Shown: positions 8,214 through 18,593, numbered from the stretch's first letter. The stretch: 64,000 bases of DNA from an uncultured Novosphingobium sp. (GCA_964609325.1 CAZSTP010000002.1:4984-68983), one strand, 5' to 3'. Translations and numbers: made by a program. The notes: a model not told the origin generated them from the letters alone.

Positions 8214-11015
8214 TTAGAAGCGGTAGGAAACACCCAGCAGGTACGTCCTGCCATACCGTTCATAATCGATCACGTGCGACGTGTCCTGATCGGCATAGTT
8301 GATGAAAGGTTCATCCGTCAGGTTCAGTGCTTGCAGAGTCAGCGACAGTCCGTTCAGGCTGCTACCTTCACCAAAGCGATAGCCGATCTGGGCATCAAAG
8401 ATCGATTCTGCAAAGGTTTGGCGGAAATCGCGACTGGCCGAGATACCGATGAATTCCGCCAGATAGCTTGACCGGTAACGGTGGCTGACACGTGTTTCAA
8501 AGCCCGACTTTTCGAAATACACGGTCGAATTGACGACCCACTTTGACAGACCTGGCACCGTTGCGGTGAAGGTGTTGTTGGTTTGGCGGTCGGTAATCGT
8601 CAATTCACTGCTGGTATAGGAAACGCTGGTCTGGAAACCGAACCCTTCCAGCGCAGGGATGACCGAGCGGAAGGGCAGCGCTAGGCTGGCTTCCACGCCA
8701 TAGATGTGGCCTTCGGCGGTGTTGTCAGGCCCCGAAACAAAGCCGGTGGTGTTGCTGCCCGTTGCAAGGAAAGCTTGCCGCTGCGGTGCGGTAAGGCTTG
8801 GCACAAGATAGGCGAAATCACGAGTTACCGAAGCGTTCGGGTTCACGAAATCGTTGAGCTTCTTGTAGTACGTTGCGAGCGAGAAGTAGCCTTCACCGCC
8901 AAAGTACCATTCATAACTCAGGTCCAGACCATCAGACAGATAAGGACGCAGGCGCGGATTACCGCCACTGCCACTGAAGATAGTGTTGAGCGGAAGCAAC
9001 GGCGAATTCGAGATTGAAGCATTCTGCGAAGCGTTCAACTGATCCATGCGTGGACGTGCCAGCGTGCGAGCAGCGCCAAAGCGCAGCTTCATCTGGTCGT
9101 TCAAGGCGAGGTTCAGGCTGAGGCTTGGCAAGACATTACTGTACTTTTCACCGTCGGTGACAGGTGTCTGCACGCTGCCAACGCCGCCGGGCGAATTGAA
9201 ACCGCGCGAAGACTGGTCGGTAAACACCACCTGCACACCGACATTGCCGGTCAGTTCCATGCCGCCAAGCATGGTTTTGATATCGGCGCGGGTATAGCCG
9301 GTGAAGACCTTTTCATTGACGGTCCAGTCACCCGGAAACGGCAGGCTTGAGCTTTCAACGCCGGTCAGAAGGTACGTGCCGTTGTTCAACAGGACGAACG
9401 GATCATAGGCAACTTGCGGGCCAAGGCCAAGGAATGACAAGGAATTGACCGTGCCCAGCAACGCATCCTGCGGAATTGGCAAGCGCGTGGTGGCGCCCTG
9501 TGCCACGTTGGCCGAGGGGCCCTTGAGGCTCAGGAAGTTTTGCGTGATGTCACGGGTCTTCTTGCGATCCGCATAGGAAGCACCGGCGACAAGCCGGTCA
9601 ATGAAACCGCTTTCGATCTTGCCCACAGCTTCCAGCTTGCCCGACCACAACTCGTCTTTGGTCTTGGTGTCGTTGATAAAGCCGGCTTGAACAATTCCGC
9701 CGCCCCAGCCGCGCGGGTCGGTCAATTGGATCAGGTTGGTATCACCGTAATTGATCCGGTTGGTGAACGTGTAAGGGAAACCGTTGTTGCTGCGCGTTGC
9801 GGTTACGACGTCCGATGGCGCGGTTGCACTGGCGGCATAGCTAAGGCCGGAATAGCTTTCGATCTGCTGCAAGCGGCGATCTGACATCGAATAAGCAACG
9901 TCTGCTGTCAGGATGACATCATCGTTTTCGTATTTGGTGTTCCAGCCTGCCGCAAATGTGGTCGTGTCCTTGCGGTCATAATCATTGCGCACAACCGGTT
10001 GTACGCCGCTGAATGTCACCGAATCCGGGAAGCTTCCGCCGGAATTAGCGGTAATCGTGGTGCCTGCGCCCCAACCGGGATTGAACGGGAATTCGATGCC
10101 GCGCTGCGGCTGCTTTTCCTTGTAATCGGCATAGAATACATCGAGCGAGCTGTTCCATTCGGACGTCGGCTGGAATTCTAGCGTGCCGAATGCGCCGATA
10201 CGATCCAGCAGGACCGACTTTGCGAATGGCTTCATACCGCCAAGCACGGTATACCCTGCATCATTGGGGTAACCCCAGGCGCGGAAACGCTCGACCTGGC
10301 TTGGGCTTGATTGGTACGAAAGACCCAGCGCAAGGCCGATCGTATCGTCGGCAAACTGGTCAACGTACGTGCCGGTGGCACGATAGCCGTAACCACGCAC
10401 GTCCGGGTTGAGCGAGCCTTCCTCGTTGACTTCGGCGCGGGCCGAAAGCGCGATAATGCGCTTCTTCTTCGAAAGCGGGCGGATTGTGCGAAGATCAACC
10501 GTACCTGCAAGACCCTGACCGATCAGGCCTGCGTAGGGTGTTTTGTAGACAACGCCCTGATCGATCAGTTCGGACGGATACTGGTCGTATTCCACCGCGC
10601 GGTTGTCACCCGATGAAACCACTTCGCGGCCGTTGAGCAGCGAGGTGGAATAATCGGGGCCAAGCCCGCGAACCGAAAGACTTTGCGCGCGACCATCGAT
10701 GCGCTGCACCGCAAGGCCGGGCAAGCGGCCCAGCGTTTCGGCAATCGACACATCCGGCAACTTGCCGATGTCTTCAGCAGAAAATGCCTCGGCAATGCCG
10801 ATCTGCTCTTTCTTGAGGTTTACCGCGGTCTGCAGCGCTTGGCGGAAACCCGTGACGATGATGCCCGGCTCGTCAGCAGGGGCCTCGGCCGCTGCTTGAT
10901 CCGATGCTGCTGCGGTTGCGTCCTGCGCATTGGCGGCAGCCGGAAGGCATGTGGCCAAAGCCACGCCCAGCGCAACAAAGCTTATTCCGCCAGAAAAATT
11001 CTTACGATGTGCCAT
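8214..11015 (-). CDS. TonB-dependent receptor, probable maltodextrin importer
   Basis: Signal peptide, TonB-box-like IIVTG, plug region (DIGKLPDVSIAETLGRLPG), C-terminal YRF. Start re-picked at ATG 11015 behind GAGGGG. Substrate inferred from GH13/GH97 neighbours. Confidence 0.9.
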   Translation of the reverse strand: MAHRKNFSGGISFVALGVALATCLPAAANAQDATAAASDQAAAEAPADEPGIIVTGFRQALQTAVNLKKEQIGIAEAFSAEDIGKLPDVSIAETLGRLPGLAVQRIDGRAQSLSVRGLGPDYSTSLLNGREVVSSGDNRAVEYDQYPSELIDQGVVYKTPYAGLIGQGLAGTVDLRTIRPLSKKKRIIALSARAEVNEEGSLNPDVRGYGYRATGTYVDQFADDTIGLALGLSYQSSPSQVERFRAWGYPNDAGYTVLGGMKPFAKSVLLDRIGAFGTLEFQPTSEWNSSLDVFYADYKEKQPQRGIEFPFNPGWGAGTTITANSGGSFPDSVTFSGVQPVVRNDYDRKDTTTFAAGWNTKYENDDVILTADVAYSMSDRRLQQIESYSGLSYAASATAPSDVVTATRSNNGFPYTFTNRINYGDTNLIQLTDPRGWGGGIVQAGFINDTKTKDELWSGKLEAVGKIESGFIDRLVAGASYADRKKTRDITQNFLSLKGPSANVAQGATTRLPIPQDALLGTVNSLSFLGLGPQVAYDPFVLLNNGTYLLTGVESSSLPFPGDWTVNEKVFTGYTRADIKTMLGGMELTGNVGVQVVFTDQSSRGFNSPGGVGSVQTPVTDGEKYSNVLPSLSLNLALNDQMKLRFGAARTLARPRMDQLNASQNASISNSPLLPLNTIFSGSGGNPRLRPYLSDGLDLSYEWYFGGEGYFSLATYYKKLNDFVNPNASVTRDFAYLVPSLTAPQRQAFLATGSNTTGFVSGPDNTAEGHIYGVEASLALPFRSVIPALEGFGFQTSVSYTSSELTITDRQTNNTFTATVPGLSKWVVNSTVYFEKSGFETRVSHRYRSSYLAEFIGISASRDFRQTFAESIFDAQIGYRFGEGSSLNGLSLTLQALNLTDEPFINYADQDTSHVIDYERYGRTYLLGVSYRF

Positions 11016-11152
11016 CGATAAGCCCCTCAAAGCGTCGGAGCCTGCAATGGCCTCCGACTTGTCCAATCCCTGATGGAATGACGTTGGACACGGGGTCCTC
11101 GTCATTCCTTGCGAGGTCTGGATACGCCCTAAACGGGGGGTGCGGGAAGTTG

Positions 11153-11176
11153 GTATACGTATACGCAAACGATTGC
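11153..11176. promoter_or_regulatory. Two abutting LacI-type operator candidates upstream of the TonB receptor
   Basis: Perfect palindrome GTATACGTATAC (11153-11164) directly followed by GCAAACGATTGC (11165-11176). Both have the central CG typical of LacI-family operators. Confidence 0.6.
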
Positions 11177-11239
11177 CGCACACTTTCGAGAAAGTTAGCG
11201 CGTGAGATAAATTATTGAAATAAAGTGATTAAATATGAG

Positions 11240-11932
11240 CTAGGCAAGAAATAAATTGAGCGTCAAGCGACCACTACGGGCGTCGTTATCGGGGACAAAC
11301 CCTTCCGGAATGTCAGCGCAGTGCAGCACATTGCCCCGGTAAATCACCATCCGGTTGAAGCGTCCGGTCACAGTATAAATGCGTTCAAACAGTGCCGAGT
11401 CTCCGCCGATGTAACCCGCGTTTGGCATGCCATGCCGGGCAACGTCTTGTTCAAGGCAAGCCCGGTATTCATCGAAACGCGCTGCATCAACGGTTTCAAA
11501 TCCGGTTGCGCGCTGCCGGTAAAACGCGGTTCCGGTTGCTTCTGCCGAATCCAGATAGAGCAAGGCCGCAAGCCGGAAATCTTCTGTACCATCAAAATGC
11601 GGAAACCGCTGAATCGGTGTCAGATCAGCAGCCTGGGCGGTAAGAAGGCTAAGGAAGCACTCCAAAAACCGTGGTGGGCGCGCAAGGCCAAAAATCTGTT
11701 CCAAAAAGGGCAAAAGTGGCTGCACCAAGGGCATAGCGATATGTTCTGAAACTGCAGCCCGCACCCCCGGATAAAACGGCCCGATCGGACAGTAATCATG
11801 GTGGGCAGCAATCTTCACGACGGTTTGCGGATCAGCCAAAGCCTGGTCGATAAAAACAATTGGCTGCTGCCCTTCACCGAACAACTGGGTGTGGATGCTG
11901 GCATGGGGCGATAAGGAAAGTGGACCGGTCAT
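11240..11932 (-). CDS. DUF6445-like protein with 2OG-Fe(II) oxygenase-type motifs
   Basis: Start re-picked at ATG 11932. Contains YPGVRA, PHFD, H(CAD) and RLTLNLF. Family name from recall, not searched. Confidence 0.65.
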   Translation of the reverse strand: MTGPLSLSPHASIHTQLFGEGQQPIVFIDQALADPQTVVKIAAHHDYCPIGPFYPGVRAAVSEHIAMPLVQPLLPFLEQIFGLARPPRFLECFLSLLTAQAADLTPIQRFPHFDGTEDFRLAALLYLDSAEATGTAFYRQRATGFETVDAARFDEYRACLEQDVARHGMPNAGYIGGDSALFERIYTVTGRFNRMVIYRGNVLHCADIPEGFVPDNDARSGRLTLNLFLA

Positions 11933-11954
11933 CGCCCCATTATATGAACCGCAG

Positions 11955-11966
11955 AGAAGCGATTGC
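11955..11966. promoter_or_regulatory. LacI-type operator candidate between the divergent DUF6445-like and LacI genes
   Basis: AGAAGCGATTGC resembles GCAAACGATTGC at 11165. Confidence 0.35.
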
Positions 11967-12032
11967 GAAGACCTTGCGCATACACTATCCTGCCTAAGGC
12001 ATAAAAATGCGAGCCTTCGTTGGGAGAGAACC

Positions 12033-13061
12033 GTGGGCAGACAGCGTTCACAAAAACCGACGAGCTTTGACATCGCGCATATTGCCGGTGTCTCGCAACC
12101 GACTGTCAGCCGCGCATTGCGGGGTGATCGCGCCATCAGCCAATCGACGCGTGAACGCGTGCAGCGTATCGCCAATGATCTGCATTACACGGTGGATAAG
12201 CACGCATCGGCGTTGCGTTCTCAGCGCTCCAACACGATTGCCCTGTTGTTCTTCGAAGATCCCACACCTGATCAAAGCATGATCAATCCGTTCTTCCTGT
12301 CGATGCTGGGGTCTATCACGCGGGCCTGTGCCAACCGTGGCCTTGATCTGCTGATCTCGTTCCAACGGCTGGAGGATGATTGGCATGTGAATTATCAGGA
12401 CAGCAACAAGGCAGACGGAATTATCCTTCTGGGTTATGGCGATTATACGGTTTACGCGCCGCGCCACGCTCAACTGGTGCAGCAAGGTACGCATTTCGTG
12501 CGCTGGGGATCGGTCAGCGATGATGCCAGCGGCGCCACCATCGGGTCGGACAACGTCGGTGCCGGGCGCATGGCCGGAGCGCACCTGATTGAAAAGGGGC
12601 GAAAACAGATTGCCTTCCTCGGCCATGGCGACGGTCATTATCCCGAATTTGCCGAGCGCTATCTTGGCCTGTGCCAGATCATGCAGGAACATGGCCTTAC
12701 GGTTGATCCAGCATTGCAGCGCGATGCGATCACAACAGAACAGGCAGGCCACGCAGCGATGGTTGACCTGCTGCAAAGCGGCCAGCCAATCGATGCGATT
12801 TTCGCCGCAAGCGACCTTATCGCCGTGGGGGCAATGCGCGCTCTGGCCGAAGCTGGCATCGCCGTGCCGGATGACGTGGCAATCATCGGCTTTGATGATA
12901 TACCCGCTGCGAGCCAATGCTCACCCCCGCTGACCACGATCATGCAGGATTTGTCCGCTGCGGGCGAACGGCTGCTGGAAGCGATGGTTGCCAAGATCGA
13001 AGGTCGGGCCATGCCATCCCCGCTTTTGCCAACCCGCCTGATCGTACGGGCGAGCACCTGA
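12033..13061 (+). CDS. LacI-family transcriptional regulator (maltose-locus repressor)
   Basis: HTH TSFDIAHIAGVSQPTVSRAL, followed by a periplasmic-binding-protein-like domain (GFDD, PPLTT). GTG start at 12033 behind GGGAGAG. Confidence 0.93.
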   Translation: MGRQRSQKPTSFDIAHIAGVSQPTVSRALRGDRAISQSTRERVQRIANDLHYTVDKHASALRSQRSNTIALLFFEDPTPDQSMINPFFLSMLGSITRACANRGLDLLISFQRLEDDWHVNYQDSNKADGIILLGYGDYTVYAPRHAQLVQQGTHFVRWGSVSDDASGATIGSDNVGAGRMAGAHLIEKGRKQIAFLGHGDGHYPEFAERYLGLCQIMQEHGLTVDPALQRDAITTEQAGHAAMVDLLQSGQPIDAIFAASDLIAVGAMRALAEAGIAVPDDVAIIGFDDIPAASQCSPPLTTIMQDLSAAGERLLEAMVAKIEGRAMPSPLLPTRLIVRAST

Positions 13062-13075
13062 CCCGGGCCTGACGC

Positions 13076-13122
13076 AATACAGGCGCGCAGCCTGTATTCC
13101 TATACATCTCGTATTCGTATAC
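13076..13122. promoter_or_regulatory. Hairpin plus operator candidate upstream of the MFS-amylase operon
   Basis: AATACAGGC-N5-GCCTGTATT (13076-13098), then GTATTCGTATAC (13111-13122), which matches the palindrome at 11153 at 11 of 12 positions. Confidence 0.55.
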
Positions 13123-13210
13123 ATGTTGTTCAGCCCCGGCTTTCCTGCCAGCTTTCCCGTCAAGAACAACGGGCCATGCGAACAAGCTGGCGTAGGGAGA
13201 GCAACGCCAG

Positions 13211-14737
13211 ATGGAAAAACCGCGTCAGGGCTTTCTGGGTCTTTGGAACATAAGCTTTGGCTTTTTTGGCATTCAGGTGGGCTTTGCCCTGCAGAATGCC
13301 AACATGAGCCGCGTCTTCCAGACACTTGGCGCCAGCATGGACGATTTGCCGGCACTGTGGATCGCTGCACCTCTTACAGGCCTGATCGTCCAGCCGATTA
13401 TCGGTCACATGTCTGACCGTACATGGACAAGGCTCGGGCGGCGTAGGCCCTATTTCCTGACCGGCGCGGTGCTATCGACCATTGCCCTGTTCACCATGCC
13501 GTTGGCCCCGCAATGGGGCGCGGCACTGTTCCTTGCCGCCGCCATGCTCTGGCTGCTCGATGCTTCGTTGAACATCTCGATGGAGCCGTTCCGCGCGTTT
13601 GTAGGTGATATGCTGCGCGCAGATCAGCATGCTGCCGGATACGCAGTACAAACCGCATTCATTGGCGCCGGTGCTGTCGTCGGTTCGATATTTCCGTGGT
13701 TCCTTGAACATCTTGGCGTGGCAAATGTGGCAGTCTCCGGCAACTTGCCCGAAACCGTGCGCTGGAGCTTCTGGAGCGGCGCCGCAATCTTGCTGATCGC
13801 GGTGTTGTGGACAGTGTTCACCACGCGCGAATTCAGCCCCGCTGAACAGGCCGCCTTTTCCGGTCAGGACGAGGTGCCCGCTGATCTGCCGGTACGCGCC
13901 CTTGCCGCCAAGTCCTATTTCTCCAGCGCAATCTGGGCAGGAGCAGGGATTGCCGTGATCTCCCTTGTGTCGTTGCTTGACCTTGAAAAGGAAGTGTTGC
14001 TGCTCGGCGGATTGCTTGTCGTCTACGGCGCGCTCAGTTCCATCGCCATCACTTTGGCGCGCAAGGGCCGGACCAGCGGGATGCTGGCCAGCATCGTGGG
14101 CGATTTTGCGGGCATGCCCGAGGTGATGAAGCGCTTGGCACTTGTCCAGTTCTTCACATGGTCGGCCATGTTCATCATGTGGATCAACACCACGCCGGTA
14201 GTCACCCAATACGCCTTTGGCAACAGTGATCCGGCCAGTGCCGCCTATAACGAGGGGGCAAGCTGGGTGAATGTGCTGTTCACGGTATACAATGGTGTCG
14301 CCGCGCTGGCTGCGCTGTTCCTGCTCCCTGTGCTGTCGCGCCATTTGGGGCAGATCAAGACCCATGCCGTGTGCCTTCTGGCAGGTGCGGCCGGTTTCCT
14401 CGGCTTCTTTTTGCTGCGCGATCCGCAAGCCCTGCTTCTTTGCGAGGTCGGTATCGGCATTGCTTGGGCGTCAATTCTTGCCATGCCTTACGCTATCCTC
14501 GCTTCAAATCTGCCTCAGGCAAAGCTTGGCATTTACATGGGCCTTTTCAACGTTTTCATCGTGGTGCCGCAACTGCTGGTCGCCACGGTGATGGGCTCCT
14601 TGATGAACGCCTTCTTTCCGGGGGAACCGGTGTGGACAATGCTGTTCGCCGCTGCCGCCTGGATTGTTGCCGCCATTGCGATGCTACGCGTCGCCGCCAC
14701 CGTACCTGCTCATAAAATGGAGATGATCCATGCTTAA
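13211..14737 (+). CDS. MFS maltose/sucrose-type transporter (SLC45/GPH-like)
   Basis: FFGIQVGFALQ, QPIIGHMSDRT, GRRRPY, MEPFRAFVGD, GIYMGLFNVFIVVPQ; many hydrophobic segments. Confidence 0.9.
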   Translation: MEKPRQGFLGLWNISFGFFGIQVGFALQNANMSRVFQTLGASMDDLPALWIAAPLTGLIVQPIIGHMSDRTWTRLGRRRPYFLTGAVLSTIALFTMPLAPQWGAALFLAAAMLWLLDASLNISMEPFRAFVGDMLRADQHAAGYAVQTAFIGAGAVVGSIFPWFLEHLGVANVAVSGNLPETVRWSFWSGAAILLIAVLWTVFTTREFSPAEQAAFSGQDEVPADLPVRALAAKSYFSSAIWAGAGIAVISLVSLLDLEKEVLLLGGLLVVYGALSSIAITLARKGRTSGMLASIVGDFAGMPEVMKRLALVQFFTWSAMFIMWINTTPVVTQYAFGNSDPASAAYNEGASWVNVLFTVYNGVAALAALFLLPVLSRHLGQIKTHAVCLLAGAAGFLGFFLLRDPQALLLCEVGIGIAWASILAMPYAILASNLPQAKLGIYMGLFNVFIVVPQLLVATVMGSLMNAFFPGEPVWTMLFAAAAWIVAAIAMLRVAATVPAHKMEMIHA

Positions 14738-16115
14738 AACACTCGCTTCGGCTCTTGCCCTTGCGCTGGCCGCTACAAACCCCGCAAGCGCTGCGGCCGA
14801 TCCTTGGGCACCCAAGCCTTACGTTGACCTAACTCACCCGTCTTGGACAAGGGATGCGGTACTCTACCAGATCAACACGCGTCATTTCACACCCGAAGGC
14901 ACGTTCCGCGCCGCTGAAGATCACCTGCCACGGCTGAAAAAGCTTGGTGTGGATGTTCTGTGGTTGATGCCGATCCATCCCATCGGCAAGGAAAACCGCA
15001 AGGGCACTCTCGGCTCGCCCTATTCGGTGCAGGACTATTACGCCGTCAATCCGGAATTCGGCACACTGGCCGACCTCAAGCACTTTGTGGATGCGGCCCA
15101 CGCACAGGGTTTCCGCGTCATTCTTGATCTGGTTGCCAATCACACCGCATGGGACAACCAGTTGGCAAAGCAGCATCCCGATTGGTACGAAAAAGATTGG
15201 AAGGGCGATTTCCACCCTACGCCATGGTGGGACTGGTCCGATGTGATCGACCTTGACTGGCACAAGCCCGGTGTGCGTAAGCACGTCGGCGAGGCTATGG
15301 AATACTGGGTCCGCGAAGTGGGCATTGATGGCTACCGGGCCGATGTGGCAGGCTATGTACCTCTGGATTTCTGGGAAACCGAACGCACCCGGCTCGAAGC
15401 CATTCGCCCGGTCTTCATGCTTGCCGAATGGAAATCATCGGAATTGACGCGCCGTGCGTTTGATGCCGTCTATTCGTGGGACTGGCATGTCATGATCAAA
15501 CAAATCGCCAAAGGGCAAGCTGATGCAACGGCGCTATATGGATATTACGCCGAAAACGAGAGCGCCTGGCCAAAAGAGGCAATGCGCCTGACATATATTG
15601 AAAACCACGACAGCAACGCGTGGGAAGGCACCACTGCCGAAAACTTTGGTCCTGCACTGCCAGCCTTTGTGGCGTTGTCCTTCACGGGCGAAGGTTTGTC
15701 GATGATCCACAACGGGCAGGAAGTCTGCAACGAAAAGCGCCTGGCCTTCTTTGAAAAGGATCGCATCGACTGGTCGAAAGGCAATGACTGCGCGATGGGC
15801 AGCCTGCTGCAAAACCTGATTTCGTTCCGCAAAGCAAACCCGGTTCTGGCTAATGGGCAATGGGGCGCGCGCATGGTGAAGGTGGAAAACGACAAGCCGC
15901 AGCAGCTGTTTTCATGGGTGCGGCAGGACGGCAAAAACAAAGTGCTGGGCCTGTTCAACCTTTCGGCAAAACCGGTGACCGCAAAACTGGCCGATGCGCT
16001 GCCTTCGGGCACTTATACCGAATTCGGCAGCGGCAAGGTTGTGATGATCGGCGCGCAGGACACGGTTGAACTTCCAGCATGGGGGTATCGCTTGCTGGCA
16101 AACGGCGGCCGGTAA
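14730..16115 (+). CDS. Secreted GH13 alpha-amylase
   Basis: Signal peptide (ASA-AA); DLVANHT, DGYRADVA, AEW, ENHD. Confidence 0.9.
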   Translation: MLKTLASALALALAATNPASAAADPWAPKPYVDLTHPSWTRDAVLYQINTRHFTPEGTFRAAEDHLPRLKKLGVDVLWLMPIHPIGKENRKGTLGSPYSVQDYYAVNPEFGTLADLKHFVDAAHAQGFRVILDLVANHTAWDNQLAKQHPDWYEKDWKGDFHPTPWWDWSDVIDLDWHKPGVRKHVGEAMEYWVREVGIDGYRADVAGYVPLDFWETERTRLEAIRPVFMLAEWKSSELTRRAFDAVYSWDWHVMIKQIAKGQADATALYGYYAENESAWPKEAMRLTYIENHDSNAWEGTTAENFGPALPAFVALSFTGEGLSMIHNGQEVCNEKRLAFFEKDRIDWSKGNDCAMGSLLQNLISFRKANPVLANGQWGARMVKVENDKPQQLFSWVRQDGKNKVLGLFNLSAKPVTAKLADALPSGTYTEFGSGKVVMIGAQDTVELPAWGYRLLANGGR

Positions 16116-16139
16116 ACCGATACGGGGGGATGATTTGAC

Positions 16140-17471
16140 ATGACCGGAAAAGGCGGGAGCTGGGCGCTGATTGCGGCCTTGGCAGGGTTCCTCTTTGGTT
16201 TTGATACGGCCGTAATATCGGGCGCAGAGCAGGCCGTGCAAAAGGTCTGGTCAATGTCCGATGCGTTGCACGGGCTGGCCATATCTTCGGCACTATGGGG
16301 GACAGTTGCCGGGGCTTTATTGGGGGGCTGGCCATCGGACCGTTGGGGCCGCAGGCCGACGTTGATTGCGATCGGCGTGTTCTATGCCATTTCCGCCATT
16401 GGCTCGGCCCTGGCATGGGGGCCTGCGTCCTTCATCGTGTTTCGCGTCCTGGGCGGTGTTGCCATTGGCGTAAGCTCAGTCACCGCACCTGCTTATATTG
16501 CCGAAATCGCGCCGCGCGAACAACGCGGTCGCCTTGTGGCGTTGTTCCAGACGATGATCGTCTTTGGCATCCTGATTGCTTTCCTAAGCAATTATCTGCT
16601 CGGCGGGCTTGGCGAAGATGGCTGGCGGTGGATGCTCGGCGTGGTCGCAGCTCCGTCGCTTGCATATCTTGTCGCAACCTTCAAAATTCCGGAAAGCCCC
16701 CGCTGGCTCTATGTCCATATGGGCCGCGAGGCAGAGGCCCGCGCAATTCTAGCGCAGATCAATCCGGCAACAGTGGACGAGACGTTGGCCGCCATCGCCA
16801 AAGAAGCCGCAGCAGACGCACAAACAATATCATGGGGCAGATTCTTTTCGGGTGAATTCCGCCGCCCCATCACGCTGGCTTTCCTCATCGCGTTTTTCAA
16901 CCAGCTCTCAGGCATCAACGCGATCATCTATTATGCCCCGCGCATCTTTGAACTGACCGGCGCCGGCGCGTCTACCGCGTTGCTGGCGACTGTCGGGATC
17001 GGGCTGGTCAACATGGTCTTCACGCTCGCCGGCCTTGCCCTGATTGATCGCGCAGGCCGCAAATTCCTGATGTATGTCGGCAGCATCGGTTACATCGTGT
17101 CACTGGGCATGACCGCATGGGGCTTTGCCAGCGGGCAATTCGCGCTTGTCCTGCCTTTCATCTTCGCCTTCATCGCCGCACACGCCATTGGCCAGGGCGC
17201 GGTAATCTGGGTCTATATCAGCGAGATTTTCCCGAGTGCAGCCCGTGCCAAAGGCCAATCGCTCGGAGCCGGAACCCATTGGGTCTGCGCTGCTGCACTT
17301 ACCCAAGTGATGCCGGTCATCCTCTCTAATACGCCTCCCGCCGCAATCTTCACCGTATTTGCCCTGATCATGGTGCTGCAGCTCATCTGGGTCCGCATCG
17401 CGATGGTTGAGACAAGCGGGCGCAGCCTTGAAAATGTCGCCTCGGAGCTTTCGGGATTACCTATTGGATGA
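16140..17471 (+). CDS. Sugar porter family MFS transporter (glucose-type)
   Basis: GFLFGFDTAVISGA, DRWGRR, PESPRWL, QLSGINAIIYY, WVYISEIFP. Confidence 0.92.
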   Translation: MTGKGGSWALIAALAGFLFGFDTAVISGAEQAVQKVWSMSDALHGLAISSALWGTVAGALLGGWPSDRWGRRPTLIAIGVFYAISAIGSALAWGPASFIVFRVLGGVAIGVSSVTAPAYIAEIAPREQRGRLVALFQTMIVFGILIAFLSNYLLGGLGEDGWRWMLGVVAAPSLAYLVATFKIPESPRWLYVHMGREAEARAILAQINPATVDETLAAIAKEAAADAQTISWGRFFSGEFRRPITLAFLIAFFNQLSGINAIIYYAPRIFELTGAGASTALLATVGIGLVNMVFTLAGLALIDRAGRKFLMYVGSIGYIVSLGMTAWGFASGQFALVLPFIFAFIAAHAIGQGAVIWVYISEIFPSAARAKGQSLGAGTHWVCAAALTQVMPVILSNTPPAAIFTVFALIMVLQLIWVRIAMVETSGRSLENVASELSGLPIG

Positions 17472-17676
17472 TTCACATGCGAGATGGTTTGTGCCTGCCA
17501 CAGATGACTGGTTTCAGCGCACCCGGTCGTTCATGGTATTAGTGACGAACGGCGGCTAAGTCCCAGACCTTGTCAATCCTAGTCCGTACTGTTGCTTTGA
17601 TGATACTTCGGTTTTCGACAGGTCCATTTCATCTGCACAACAACCGACTAAAAGGGTGAAAACTGAGCACGGAAAG

Positions 17677-18288
17677 CTAGACCTTGCGAAAGACGACCGA
17701 CATGTTGTTTGCGGGCATGTCGACGCACTCCTTTATTTTAAGCCCGAACTGCAAGCCGCAGGCGATTACCGCATCCAGCTCACGTACGCCCCATGAAGTA
17801 TCCCGATTGCGCAAATCGCGGTCAAAGGCCTCATTGCTCGGTTCGAGTGGCCGGTCGGGGCGGCGAAACGGACCGTAGAGGTATAGTGGGCCGCCATCAG
17901 GCAAGATGCGCATCGCTCCACGCATCAGCCCGACCGTCGCTTCCCAAGGGCTTATGTGGATCATGTTTATGCAAATGATCGCCGCGGCCTGATCGACTGG
18001 CCAAGCCGAAAGTGCTGCATCGAGTTCGAGTGGTGCACTGACGTTTGCCAGTCGCTCGGCCTCAGCCCATGCGTTTATCGACTGGCGCGCCGCCAGCGAC
18101 GCATCTGAGGGTTGCCATTCCAAATTTGGCAAGTGCCGAGCGAAGTAGACGATGTGTTCTCCTGTTCCACTTGCTACTTCCAACACCCGGCCTGACGCAG
18201 GCAGAGCGTCGCGCAGCACTTCGATAACTGCTTCACGGTTGCGGAAAGTGGCTGGCGCCGAGCGGCGCAAATCGTCAGGATCGTCCAT
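17677..18288 (-). CDS. DUF938-like SAM-dependent methyltransferase
   Basis: APATFRNREAV, VLEVASGTGEH, INMIHISPW, LYGPF, MPANN. Start re-picked at ATG 18288. Confidence 0.8.
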   Translation of the reverse strand: MDDPDDLRRSAPATFRNREAVIEVLRDALPASGRVLEVASGTGEHIVYFARHLPNLEWQPSDASLAARQSINAWAEAERLANVSAPLELDAALSAWPVDQAAAIICINMIHISPWEATVGLMRGAMRILPDGGPLYLYGPFRRPDRPLEPSNEAFDRDLRNRDTSWGVRELDAVIACGLQFGLKIKECVDMPANNMSVVFRKV

Positions 18289-18593
18289 ATGGTCTAGCAA
18301 GCAGACATCGAACTGCTTTCGATAGAAGGGTCTTGCCGATAAGCTGCGAAAGGGTGCCCCTGCGTTTCCAATGCCTCTTGACCATGCCGAGCTGCTTCAG
18401 TTGCGAAAGGGAAACTCATGGGCAATCGTCGGCCGTCGCCCGATTGCTGCGTCGTCCAGAGCCTATGCCACCCTCCACTGATCGAAATACTTTGGAGAAG
18501 TAGCATTTTTTATCGCATTTGCCAATGAGTGAGGTGGTTTCCGCCCAAAGCGCGACGGTGTCGGGGGCGCTTCGCTTGCTGGCTCCGCCTACA

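Noticed and set aside
18294-18506. 70-aa ORF upstream of the DUF938-like gene
   Set aside because: No RBS or motif, and the other frames contain stops; probably non-coding or decayed sequence.
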